A DNA stretch of 25,972 bases, filler included, from Pelomyxa schiedti (GCA_020536535.1; 2 parts of 2 records of this genome joined end to end with filler, not necessarily neighbours in it), one strand, 5' to 3'. Positions 10,150 to 21,559 are shown, counted from the whole stretch's first letter. The notes: generated by a model not told the origin, from the letters alone. Numbers and translations: made by a program.

Positions 10150-11524
10150 ATGACGACTACAAAAAGCGATTCTAGCAATGGCGATGATGGGAGGTCGTCG
10201 TGTCACGTTGTGATTCTGTGCTACAGCCTCACAGGCAACACACGGCACGCCGCCGACAAAATCGCACACGCTCTCGAATCCGTCAAAAATGGAGGTGGAA
10301 GTGGGGGCGATGGAAGGGCGTTCACGGCGAGGGTTTTTGAGATTGTGCCGGTGATCAAGGAGATGTATTACGGGGGACCGCCGGCGCCACAGAATTGTGG
10401 GACACAAGCACTGGCTGAGGCGCTATCTTGGGCGCACGTTGTTGGGTGTGGGACCATGTGTGTGTTCCTCAATGCCACTGGTGGAATATCTCAGTTCCTG
10501 TGTGATGTATGTTATGTTGTGTTGTAAGTGGTTAGTGGGGGTGCGTGAGAATGAGACCTTGGTGTTGTATTTGTTGAACGGTGTGTTCTAATGTTATCCA
10601 CGCAGTTACCGCCAGCACTGGTTGCTGGGAAGCCGGGGTTTGTTTTCACCACGGCGGGGCAAGCAACTGGGTCAAGCAATGCAACTCTTGCTGAATCACT
10701 GGCGAAGGCCGGAGTAAAGCCGGTGCTGTCTCAGTGGGAAATGATTCTGTGCCCTGACACTGCCGTGTGGTGCCTACCAACCAGGCCAAAACGGTTGCTG
10801 TGGGGTTCTAATGTCATTGAGACAGCCACTGCTTATGGAAAACAGCTCGGAGTTCAGCTGCAACAATATTTATCGACCGGAAAAAATGGAGCTAGTCTGG
10901 TGCGAGAAGGTGCTAGCTCTCACATCAGGAGCATTACTAAAGACAAGTCTCTGGCCAAGAGGGTATTTTCATTTCTTCGCCTCTTTTCCCTGGGTTCACT
11001 TTGTATAGTACCGGCCGTTAAGTGTGCCAGCGGTATTGTGCGATACTGATAAGTGTCTAAAGTGTGGAAAATGCGCTTTCTCATGCCCGACAAACTCCAT
11101 GACTTTCTCGAAAGGAGAATTCCCAGTTTGGGGAAAGGAGTCCTGCACAGCCGTATGTTTTTCTTGTTCTCTCCATCATGATTTCTAATTTTTTGATTGT
11201 AGTGCACAGCCTGTGTTGCCAACTGTCCGGCCGATGCACTTTATGTTTCGGGGATGAAGCACAAGCAGTTCTGGCGATTCCACAAAGAAAATGTCAAAGG
11301 TTTCTCGACCATTCCTTTTTTTTCGCTCTGAAATGCTCCACAGAGGGGGACAACAACTGGACACTATGGGAAATGAGGTTTTTTCCCCCTTTTATGCTTT
11401 AACCAACAACAGGGGCTGGACTTGCCGCTCAGCACTGTGGAGGGCTGTAACATCCAAGAAATTGATGACTGGGCTTCTCTTAACCCTCGTTTTATTCCTT
11501 CTTCTGTGCCACTTGCTGCACTGA
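10150..11524 (+). CDS. EFR1-like flavodoxin-2[4Fe-4S] ferredoxin fusion, copy 2 (tandem paralog), with C-terminal transmembrane tail
   Basis: ILCYSLTGNTRHAADKIA; CLKCGKCAFSCP; CTA|CTACVANCP. Exons 10150-10506, 10606-10962, 11009-11152, 11203-11299, a short exon from 11344, and a last exon ending ...KKLMTGLLLTLVLFLLLCHLLH*. Intron positions are equivalent to copy 1. Confidence 0.88.
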
Positions 11525-11596
11525 AGTCCCTATCTAATGCATAGTTAAAACTATTCCATTTTATCTGTGTCTGTTCGATTTTCAATTCTGTGAATA

Positions 11597-13637
11597 ATGA
11601 CAGACCAGCAAGCCAACCACCAGCCGGATGCGCCGTACTCTCCCCCCGCCGACGACGATGTGGTAATTATCCCGCCGCCCCTCGGTGCTCCCTCTCCCTC
11701 CGCGCTGCTTCTTCGTAATGATGCGGGCAGCAACAGCAGGGCGGAAGGCAGCGGCCGGTTGGGGTGCCCCAGCGAGGCCACGGGGATTGCCGAGGGCCCA
11801 GGCGCGGGCACGGGCGGGGGCGTGGCCGTGGGCGAGGGATGTGGCGGGAGCGGGGCCAGGGTGGGAGTGGGAGCGGGAGCGGGAGTGGCGGTGGGGGGTG
11901 CGGGGTACCACGCCAACGTGGACAACAACCAGGGGGGTATTATGGGATGCCAGGGGAGAGGGGGTGGTGGCGGAGATTGTTGTTGCTGCTGTGGGTGCAC
12001 TGCCGGGGGGGATGCTAACGGCAATGGCAATGGTAATTGTGGGAGGTTGGATCCTGTATCACCCTCATCATCGTCGTGTGGTGGCAGTGGTGGTGGTGGT
12101 GGTGTGATGAATGGAGATATGGAGGGGTCCGCCGCCGCTGCTGTAACAAATACCGGAAGTGATTGTTATTCTTCATCTAAAACCGGAAAGAGAGTCTTTG
12201 ATAGGAGAAGAGCTGAAAGCTGTATGTCTATTCTATTTCCCGAGAAAAAGATTGCCTAACCGATTATAAGCGAGACGCAAGCACTCAGTGGCTCAAAACC
12301 AGACACCTTCGTTAGAAAACATGTCTGTCAGCACTTGCTTGCAACATCTTCAAATGGTAAGACCTTCTGTTGTACTACATACGTTGGCATTAAAAAAAGG
12401 CATTTGAGCTTTTAGATTGAATCAGCAAGTTTGAGGCTTCTCATATGGTCCGTGAACACTCAAGGATGCCGAAGCCTTTACAGTTCTGTTGCCAATGAAA
12501 TCGTAGCAAAGGCCTCTGACGTTATTCAAATCGCAAATGCCATAACAGCATTGTCCCCGATAGGACTACAGGTTATCTCTCATTCAGACAAGTCCTTGCA
12601 CTCTTTACTCACGCACAATTAGCAATCTCTTGGTGATATGCTCTTGACCAAGATACAGCTGCCTCACTCATATCTACATCCGTCGCAAAGGGGTAATAGC
12701 ACCCAACAAGAAGTCTTTAATCCGCAGATCAACACGCCTCTCTGCAATAATAACCTCCAAACGTCTCCACATGATCCAATTCTTACTGTTCCCGGCTCTA
12801 CACCGGTGGTCTTACGTCATCACAATTCGAAGCGCAGTCGCCCAACCCCACAATTTTCAGAGTATCACGTACAGGGGACTTGTTCACAGTCACAATACTG
12901 CACGGCATGTTCTCCAGATTCAATTGGGGACATCACTACAACAACCGCAAGTGGACATAACACAGACAGCGGCGTATGTACCACAACAGCCTCAAATTAC
13001 ACTCCAGCGAACTCCACAAGCCACCATTCTATGGGTCTTCCCACCGACAGAAATGAGGAATACAATGTACAGCAACCACCACTTCCTCTATCAGGTACTG
13101 AACTGCCTCGGGAAGCAATTGCGGAGGAACTAAATACTGTCAATCTCCCCTCCGTCTCAGAAAATGGATGCACACCTCCCGCTGACTTTTCCGGTCTGCC
13201 GGCCGTCCGAAAAAAGCACCACTCAAATAAAAAAAAGGTATTCTTACACATTTGAGAATACAGTTCCTTACTCCAACATGCAGCATCACTCGTCAGGAGG
13301 CTCTCATAAGAAAAGGCGTGTAGCACTCAACCGTGGCGCTAATCTCCCCAACACACAACAAACTCCCACAACCGCGCTGTGCCCTCCTTTACAACAATAC
13401 CCTCTGCAACAACACCAAGACCCATCCTCACTTCAACCTCCCCCAGCACCTTCCACAGAATCACAACAACAGCCGGAAATAAGCACAGCAATGTCGGCAC
13501 CTCAAATATCCCTCCCAGAACAACGATACCCCCAGATACCTACACCCACACAACACACAACACACACAACACCTCCCACTGTTGACCAACAGCAAATCCC
13601 CAGTGGTTCAATCCCAATCGACAAGCTCCTTTGTTAA
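11597..13637 (+). CDS. Hypothetical low-complexity protein (Gly-rich N-terminus, short helical middle, Pro/Gln/Thr-rich C-terminus)
   Basis: ATG at 11597 and successive + strand ORFs (11597-12259, 12431-12622, 12638-13255, 13164-13637) separated by GT-AG intron-like segments. No domain recognised. The 3' end could extend to ~13744 through one more intron. Confidence 0.55.
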
Positions 13638-13955
13638 ATAATACCTGTCTGTGATTGCTTTCTAGGAGGTGTGCACAACAGGCCAATTGGCAACAAGTGT
13701 GGAAAACCCACAAGTGGCGTTACGCAGGAGTGTTGTGTTGAATAACAATGACACATCACTCTGTTCCCCATCGAGATGATGGTGGGAGCAGTGAGTCCTG
13801 GATTATCTCCTCTTTCCGGCCTCTGAAACCATTTTACTGCTCCGGATGTTGACTGTGCTGCAGGAGATTTCCCAAGGCTTCCTTCTCGCCCTCTGCTCCT
13901 TTTTTTTGTCCTCTCTTGATCTACAGTGGCACGTAGAAGAAATCATCTATCGACG

Positions 13956-16900
13956 ATGAACAACGAAGCGACGTCGCCAAACAAAGTAGTGGTTACTATC
14001 CCACGGTTGCACCTTAGGACCAGACCCATAATTGTACACCCTGGGTATTACTACGAGGACCCGTCGTCGCACCACTTTGTCCCCCCGCCCCCACCAACCA
14101 CGCCATCCCATCATTCCAAGTCGCTGTATGGCAGCAACAACAACAGCAGCGGGGGTGGTGGTGGTGCGAGCGGACACAAGGGCGCCGGAGCGAATAATGG
14201 GTGCCGGTGGTGTGCCGTGAACAACGGGATAACCGGCGGGACGCTGGATCAGTTCCAGGCCGACGCACATTTATTTCCCTACTGTGTTGTGTCTCTGTTT
14301 GGGCAGGAGAAAATGACAAGGCCACTATCGAGGCCTCAGGTTGGTGCTATCAAATTCCCTGAGAGGTTCGTTTTTGATGTACCTTCTGTGCCAAATGCAA
14401 CTGCTGCTTCGGCTTCAGGCGATGCTCAGCAGGCTGTTGCCAATGCTCCTAATGCGGTTGCTAATATTCCAACCACTGCTGCTAATACCGGCGTGATACC
14501 ACGCTCGGGAAGTGATCCTGTTCTGGCTTTGCCTGAATCCCCGAGGGATGAGTCACCTGGAGCAAGGTGGAAGCCTGGAATGAACTTGGCTGAGGCATTC
14601 TTGAAGGTCACGGTGATGAATATCAGAATACATGTATGCTTTTCCTATTGGATTTGTCCTATTTATTAGTGTGATTGGTGTAACGTTATCTCAATTTGGA
14701 TCTCATAACTGCCAGAAAACTGTACTTGGTGATAAGAAGATCAATGAAATTGTTGGTGGTTGCTCAATAAGACTTGGCGACATCATCAACTGCGATGACC
14801 TCTTCAACTGGATTTTCGTTATGCGGGAAGCTAGACCCGGTATGGGTAAGTCAATAGCGGGAAGAATCCTCCTTCGGGTTTCTATGTACGACCCTTCCAT
14901 ACTAGCCAGGAGGGAAGCAACCCTGAAGAAGGTTGGTACTTTCTTAGGTTTCCTCTTCCCATGTGTTATTTGCACCAACTGCAATATAGATACTGGAAAC
15001 AGAAATTGACCTCAAACCTCGGCATTCTTCTCCGCCACCGCGGTTTACTCCTCATCCACTCGCACGTGTATCTTTGAGAACAAGCCAAGTCAGCTCTCCG
15101 CCGCTTCGTCCTCTCGCTTATACCAATTCCAGCTCCAGTGAGGTCACCAACATAGAGACAGGAACTTACTCTACCCCTCCACCATCACCTGCCCCTCCAG
15201 CACCACCTCCTCCTCAGCAAGGCGCCTACGAGTCGTACTCATCTGCTCCCTTGAGCGGAAAGGAAAGTTTACCAGAGATTTCTAAAACTCCCAAATGTGA
15301 CTCCCCGGACTTCAGTGAAGAGGCATTATTTTCCTATGATTTCAATGAACGCTTTCAAATACTCACAGAGAGGCTGCATTCCCTAACGTATGAACTTCTC
15401 CTCTAGCTTTACTTACCGTAATTTCAGTGCTCTCAGTAGCTCCTTCAAGGATAAAATAACTATCAACAGTGCCCTCATAGACTTGGCCTCGGACTTTGTC
15501 AATTCAGCGCGAACGTACATCACTTTCTAGCAAGCAAGAGACACTTAATATAACTCCAGGTACGGCAGAATCATTATAAAAGAGCGATTCGTCCCTGAGA
15601 CTCGTAAAGCGAGTACTGTGCACCTGTAATGTTATTCTTATATTGCTCCAGACCATACATGCTGTAAATGTTGGTGGATTTGCAGGAGGTGAAAAGTATA
15701 TTGTTCATAACATTTTATTCAAGGTTCACCCAAAACCAAACAGTCTTTCCATTAACTCCCACAACAGTTTGCTGTAAATTCTCGTGTATGTACCAAGAAA
15801 CAATGATTAGTCTAATCCTTACAGAATCTCTTCCGAAGTGATTCCGACGCTGCTAAAGGTTAACCTTCAGTTTCATTTATTCCCTTAAACTGAATATAGT
15901 TGCTGGGCACGAGTTAAAATCTCTTATTAGCATTTATAATCAAGAACTTGTTGGCATATCTCTACCTCTGATGGCGCTAGTGGATTTCCGTGGATATCGG
16001 TTGATTGCACTGAGTCTTCTACCAATTGGGGACAATACTCTTGTGATGGGCTCTGCAGATGCCATGGCCACTATCCACCAACCCCCACCAGAAATTCAGG
16101 AGGTTTCACCTTTGCCTCTTAGGTTGAAGTAACAAGGGTTTTCATTTCAGATCATGACTAGGCTTTCCACCAAATTGAACTTAAGAACTCATCTTATGCA
16201 GTCTGTTCCTGTGTTCACCTGTGTTGATACTGAGGGTTGCGTGAACCGCTGGCATATCTCTCTCACCCTCATTTCCAGGGCACATAGCTAGTGACGGTCG
16301 ATTTTACTTAGTAGATTTTAGCCGAACGTTTCCACCAGAAGCTCCTCCTCGGAAAGACTTGAAGTTTGATACACCTCTGTAGACTTATCTTATTCTCTTG
16401 CAGAGTACCCCACTTGTTCCAACTGCTAAGACCTGAGTGCGTTCTTCAGTGCCGCAAGCCACTGTGTAGTGACGCCTACAGCAAATTTTTAGCCAACCAA
16501 GGTTGTTAGTTTTCCTTTCCCCTTTTCTCATCTCATACAGAGGCTGAACGGGAGATGAATGAAGATGTTCTTTCTGCGTCACAGAACCTCCAATCGAATA
16601 CAATTCCCGAGGTTGCCAATTCACCAAAGTAATCATAACCAACCTCAATTCTAGTGTGCAGAAAATCTTGTAGACATACTCTGTGGCGAGATGTCCGGCA
16701 ACGATTTACTCGATTTTTCTCTGACTACATTTGTACATAGTTGGTAATCCTCCGAACAACCAATAAGTAGCCTCACAGCTGGAAACAGGGGCGTGAACAT
16801 CCGTCACCTAGGCAAAATGTTCGATTCAATCACACAACAAACTTCTATGTATCCACATACTATAAATGCATGTAAAGATGCCAAGGCATTGGTATGTATA

Positions 16901-18217
16901 GAGATGATAGCGCGGTCTCTTCGCCATGTTTTGGATGTTGAGCAGAGAGCTCTTATGGTACCACCCTTTCTTTTTTTTTTTTTTTTGTGGATGGCTCTTA
17001 ATTTTCTTACAGGAAAAGTTCAAACTCCCCTATGAAGTAAGGAGTGCCTTTTATTCATTCATGTGTAATGAGCCTAGGCACCCTTCACACAGCTGTACCT
17101 GGAATCCTTCCGGCGGTTCTCTAAATGTTCACCAGGATACAGTGACTTTTGGGAAAAAGTAATCTCCCAATCCAAATCTCCATCTAAAAGTGCATAGATT
17201 TTTCTTGATCTTAAAAATGTGTACGACTGGGATATATATCAGAATACGGCGGTTTCCAACCCGGAATCCAACACGGAAGATGTGCTGAAGCAATGCACTG
17301 AATTCTCGGAGGTTTGAAGAGAAATTATGATGTCTCTGATATTCTTTTAAAGGATACAGGGTTCTCCACATCAACGGGATACCTTATGCTTGTGATTCGT
17401 GCACTTAAGCTTTCCGGTTGCAAACTTAAACAACGCTTAATGAAGCAGCTATATTCTAACCCTGCTTTGACTTTTACCACAATGGAAAAAGTACTGTCGC
17501 TCCTAACCAAACTTGCTTTCATTTAACTTCACCTATCGCAGCTTTTTGAAGGTGACATCAAGGTAAACTCCTTTTCGTCCAACAACAACAAACCACGGTG
17601 ATAGGAGATAAAAGAACGGGTCAAGCACATGAATATTATTAACCACGCAAGAGGCTATTTAATGAAAATGCAGGTACCCAACAAAGCAAAGGGAAAAAAA
17701 AAAAACTCACGCCACTCTATCAGGCGAACAACACATCCGACCCTAAACAATACTTTTTCCATTCCAGAAAGAACTTCTTAAAGGCTCTTTCCTCCAGTCC
17801 AAACAACAAAGGTGCAAAGATAAATCAGCATCATCCTTTCCTTAATTTTTACACCAGTGTCCTTGAGAAATTTGGCTCAGATTTCACTTCGAAGCCAGCC
17901 TGCTTGCGTACATGAGCAGGTATAACTCTCAATAAACATTTTTTTCTATCACCCACAAGTATCTAATGTGCCTTAAAAAGCTGTCACAAGTTGAGAGTGC
18001 ATACAATTACTACCGGCATGCCATGCAAACAGACCCTGACGATATCGAAACCCTGTATCAATACGGCGAGTTCCTCTTATGTGAGATGGAAGAAGCAGCT
18101 GCTTCAGAGCAAATTCTTCTTACTCTTGTGGAGAAGGACTGTCACGCAGGAAGAGGTTCGCACTTATTTCAATTACTAGAGAAAATTAACTTTTATTCTA
18201 AGTACTGGAAGCTCTGA
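13956..18217 (+). CDS. C2 domain + CLU (clustered-mitochondria) domain + TPR-like repeat protein, many exons
   Basis: C2-like: PYCVVSLFGQEKMT..IKFPERFVFDV..LKVTVMN..EIVGGCSIRLGDI..NWIFV..GRILLRVS. CLU: YGRIIIKERF..KTIHAVNVGGFAGGEKYIVHNILFKFA, AAKVAGHELKSL, LPLMALVDFRGYRLIALSLLPI, EGHIASDGRFYLVDFSRTFPPE, GVNIRHLG, IEMIARSLR. TPR-like: AYNYYRHAMQTDPDDIETLYQYGEFL. Stop at 18215-18217. Confidence 0.85.
15609..15651 (+). other. Non-canonical GC-AG intron (43 nt)
   Basis: AAA|gcgagt...ctccag|ACC restores ...ETRK-TIHAVNVGGFAGGEKY. The nearby GT donors at 15604 and 15613 give the wrong phase. Confidence 0.7.
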
Positions 18218-18350
18218 GACTCGTCTACCAAAAACTTTGTCTGACTAAAGAGGAAGGAATAATATCTGCCTTCTACAGAAAATTAGTATCTATCCACAAA
18301 ACGAAACTATAAAAGAAAGAGAAAATGAATGCTTGTATGTAATGTCATTT

Positions 18351-20035
18351 TCAAGAAGACTCATTTTCGGGATTATCACCCGTACAATTCATACCCTCCT
18401 GTGCTGTTGTTGTGGACTCGGTTGTAGTTACTGTGTTGGTGGAATCGACAGCAATATCATTGTCATCCGCATTCACTATTCCTTCAGCAGTAATTCTGTA
18501 ATGGCATGTATTTCGGTCAAGGCGAGGGGAAAGACAGACATCAAGCCTTCTACTTTTGCCATTGGTTCCTACTCTTTGGTAAGTTAGAGAGTTTCCTTAA
18601 ATTGCGTGTACGTGAAAGCATCAGCCGGGTGTTGACACAGTGCGACCACATTAGCCCAAGAGTGGGAACATGGTTTTTTAAGTTGTGTAGACCCCAAATT
18701 TGCTGGTTCATGGGGTTGTCATGAAACCAGTCAGTAACCTAGAAATTAGTGATACTAGGAGGTGTAGATAAGGGTGCCAAACCTGGTTCACAATTATCAC
18801 TGGAATTGCGTGTAAAGATGTTATCCTATGAACCGCTTCGGCAATTTTCCACAGTGTAGAAAATTTAGATGCACGTTCCTCCTCCTCCACATCCTCGTAT
18901 TCGTACCTTTAGTACAGGGGTAAATTGACAACCGGGGAAAAATGCGTGTGCTACTGTCTACCGTGTAAGTGCAGCCAAGGAATCTATTACAATCAACTTG
19001 ATATTCTGCTGCGTTATTGTATAATCTAGACTGTAAATGAGTAACGAATGTGCAGTCAAATAGGAATTCCTACTTGCACAAATACTGCAACAGGGGATTG
19101 GTGGCGCGTATTGCCTCTTTAACTAACACTTTATCTGTTGGTGAAGGCAGCCCCTTTTTTTCGTATGTGGAAGCCATTTGCGTTAGTCTCTGTTTGTTAG
19201 TTGATAACTAGGCGGTTCGAAAATAATTTCAGGTGGATTCAGTACATCTATCGGGAAGACTCCATCAGAGTGGAAATACAGCGCGGAACCACCGAGCCCT
19301 CCCATATCCTCTCCCAGTTGCACTTGTAAGCACAGTTGCATGCAAAGTTGGGTCTTGCCGGCTGCGCTCTCACCAAACAGCTCCGTGATCCCGCATACAT
19401 CTATTCCACCCCCCAGTGCTTGATCAATTGCTTCGCACCCGGTGGACAGCTTCTTCTAATAAAACAATTAGACCCACGCGCAGTACTACATCCGAAAATA
19501 TTTGATTGAAGTAAAACAAATAGCTCCTAAAACAAAACAAAACAAAAAAAACTTACATTATAAAGTAAAAAAAAGAAGCACCAAATTTACAAATCAAAGA
19601 CAAATATGGATTTTAGATAACAACCTGGGGGTCCAGGGATAGGGGAATGGGGTTTGCCCAGGGCCCCAGCACATCGGCCGCCACCCCCCGCACCATCCCC
19701 TCCACATCCTCCTCCCTCATACCCCCCGCCGCCGCAGCCCCGCCCATCGCGTCCCGCCCGCCGCGGCCCCTCCCGCACCCGCACCCGCGCGGGCCCATGC
19801 ACAGCGCCCTGCGGTCCGCCTCCGCCATCAGCAACACGCGCCACACGCCCCCCTCGTCGTCTTCCCCGCCCTCCCCCACTGCCGCTGTGTCTCGGGCCGC
19901 CGCGCCCACGCCCCCCCTCGCCTCCGCGTGCCAACACGTGGGCCACAACGCCAGCGGCACGTCCGCCAGCCGCATGCAGTGCCTCTGCGCCAAGTGCCGT
20001 GCCACATCCTCCGGCCTCGGGGGGGCACGTGACAT
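18351..20035 (-). CDS. XRCC3: DNA repair protein XRCC3-like RAD51 paralog
   Basis: Exon 20035-19625, then intron 19624-19456, then KKLSTGCEAIDQALGGGIDVCGITELFGESAAGKTQLCMQLCLQVQL..GGLGGSALY (Walker A). Later exons give KLIVIDSLAAL (Walker B), IPVIIVNQVTD, VPTLGLMWSHCVNTRLMLSR and RRLDVCLSPRL..CHYRITAEGI. Stop TGA at 18353-18351. Confidence 0.85.
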
Positions 20036-20291
20036 CTCACCGTTTCTACTACTTGTTTGGCTGAGGAAACAGTTGATCCCAGAGATCAACAAACCCAGAA
20101 CGAAGATTGTTCGTGTGGAGGTGTGTTCAGCATCACTTCCGTAAGGACGAACTTCATCACCGTCTTTACGGTAACTCTCGGAAGGAGAAACCGCTCTCCT
20201 TCTATAAATAACAAATGTTCGAGTCTAAAGATCGTGATCAGCGTTGTTCCGTGCACAAACACAGAACACAACAAAATTTTCGGGATCGTTG
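20036..20291. promoter_or_regulatory. Probable bidirectional promoter region
   Basis: 256-nt lower-GC interval between divergent ATGs (XRCC3 at 20035 on -, His-rich gene at 20292 on +). Contains TATAAATA near 20203-20210. Confidence 0.4.
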
Positions 20292-20516
20292 ATGAGGCAT
20301 AACAACAGCACCGGTGCGGCTCACCACGACGACACAATCAACGACGGCGACAACAGCGACAACGTCGCCGCAGCGGCGGCGGAGGAGGAGGACAAGGGGG
20401 GGGCCCACCACGCCCGGCACCACAACCACACGAGCAGCAGCAGCAGGCACCACCACCACCACCACGACGGCGGGAGCAGCAGCAGCAAGCACCATCACCA
20501 CCACGCCACCCACTCC
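20292..20516 (+). CDS. 5' fragment of a gene with a His/Ser/acidic low-complexity N-terminus, truncated by the gap
   Basis: ATG at 20292, open to the N-run: MRHNNSTGAAHHDD..AAAAAEEEDKGGAHHARHHNHTSSSSRHHHHHHDGGSSSSKHHHHHATHS. GC-rich like the other first exons here. Confidence 0.5.
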
Positions 20517-20616
20517 NNNNNNNNNNNNNNNNNNNNNNNNNNNNNNNNNNNNNNNNNNNNTTAATTAATTAANNNNNNNNNNNNNNNNNNNNNNNNNNNN
20601 NNNNNNNNNNNNNNNN
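20517..20616. other. Artificial assembly/contig spacer: N44-TTAATTAATTAA-N44
   Basis: Exactly 100 nt and symmetric. The 12-mer is palindromic and places stops in all six frames, typical of a contig-joining linker. Confidence 0.93.
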
Positions 20617-21494
20617 TATGCGTACCCTCTGTGGAATGAGTGATGGTTGGGAAAGTTTTGGGAAAATCAATAATAATGAGAAGGAAGTAGGGGGAGGTAG
20701 AAAGTGCGATGAACCTGGAACATGCAAGGTGCAATGGTGACACGCCACTATGCGCCTCTGTCACATTTACATCACAGTGGCACTCTTCAATCAAGTATCT
20801 TGTGGTATTCACGTATCCTTTATGGCACGCAATGTGCAAAGCATACAAACCTGTTGTTGATGAAATTAAGAACAAAGCTTTCCTTAACAAAATACTCCAG
20901 GAATAATCAGAGAGATGGTTGCACACCATTCCGGTATGGGCGTGTGACCCAAGTTGGATCGTCCTCATTTATGCTTGGCACAGAATCCCCATAGAGGTTG
21001 CGTTCCAGAAGTGCCTCCAGTGGACCCATCTTGTCCAGCTTGGCTCTGATGTGTCTCAACTGCTCGATTCGTTCCCTATTCAGTGCCGCCGACATTGGTT
21101 CAGCTACTTCTCTGGGCTCCAAATGAAGTGGTGATTCTGAAGGTGGTCGCCAATGCGAATCCGAGTCCGACGCGCGACCCCCAGCCACCCTCGATCTCCG
21201 CCCTCGCCCCGTTGATGTTGTTGTACTAGTTGTTGTCGTTGTTGTTGTTGATGATGCGGTGGTGGCCGTTGTCAATGCGGGGGTGGTGACACGCCGCGAC
21301 GTAGACGGTGACGACGAGGTCGTGATGGGGAGGACCGCGCCGCGGCGCGGGGCCGAGGGGGAACGAGGCGACTCCGCTTCGTAGTCGCTGTCGTTGGAGT
21401 CTGAATCATGAGGTGAGTGTTGTTGTGGCTGTTGCTGTGGCCGTTGGTATCCCAGCTCGACGTCGTAATTGTCCCTCCCTGACTTTGCTGTCAT
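20617..21494 (-). CDS. Ankyrin-repeat protein, 5' part, truncated by the gap
   Basis: ATG at 21494 and a Ser/Thr/Gln low-complexity N-terminus, then ankyrin consensus TGLYALHIACHKGYVNTTRYLIEECHCDVNVTEAHSGVSPLHLACS. Confidence 0.8.
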
Positions 21495-21559
21495 TTTTTT
21501 CGAAAAATGGAGGGGAGCCTGGACTTTGTCACTCCATCAAATTGGATTTTGACATCAGT

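Noticed and set aside
9564-10178. 204-aa minus-strand ORF antisense to the end of flavodoxin-ferredoxin copy 1
   Set aside because: No recognisable motif, no counterpart in the paralog, and it overlaps well-supported + strand exons.
10963-11049. Apparent frameshift or pseudogenisation of copy 2 before the ferredoxin domain
   Set aside because: Explained by a 46-nt GT-AG intron (10963-11008).
8696-11524. Flavodoxin-ferredoxin genes as bacterial or endosymbiont contamination
   Set aside because: Both carry five spliceosomal introns at equivalent positions and lie among clearly eukaryotic genes.
11551-12030. Pro-rich minus-strand ORFs and other overlapping ORFs in GC-rich tracts (also 19647-20144 +, 24879-25631 +)
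   Set aside because: Shadow ORFs of GC-rich low-complexity exons on the opposite strand; stop codons are rare at this composition.
18351-20035. RAD51 or DMC1 proper
   Set aside because: Walker A context GESAAGKTQ and C-terminal PTLGLMWSHCVNTRL fit the XRCC3 paralog, not the GEFRTGKTQ of RAD51/DMC1.
20561-20572. Palindromic TTAATTAATTAA as a biological element (e.g. transposon target or regulatory site)
   Set aside because: It is centred in a symmetric N44/N44 gap totalling 100 nt, so it is an artificial linker. Adjacency of genes across it should not be interpreted.
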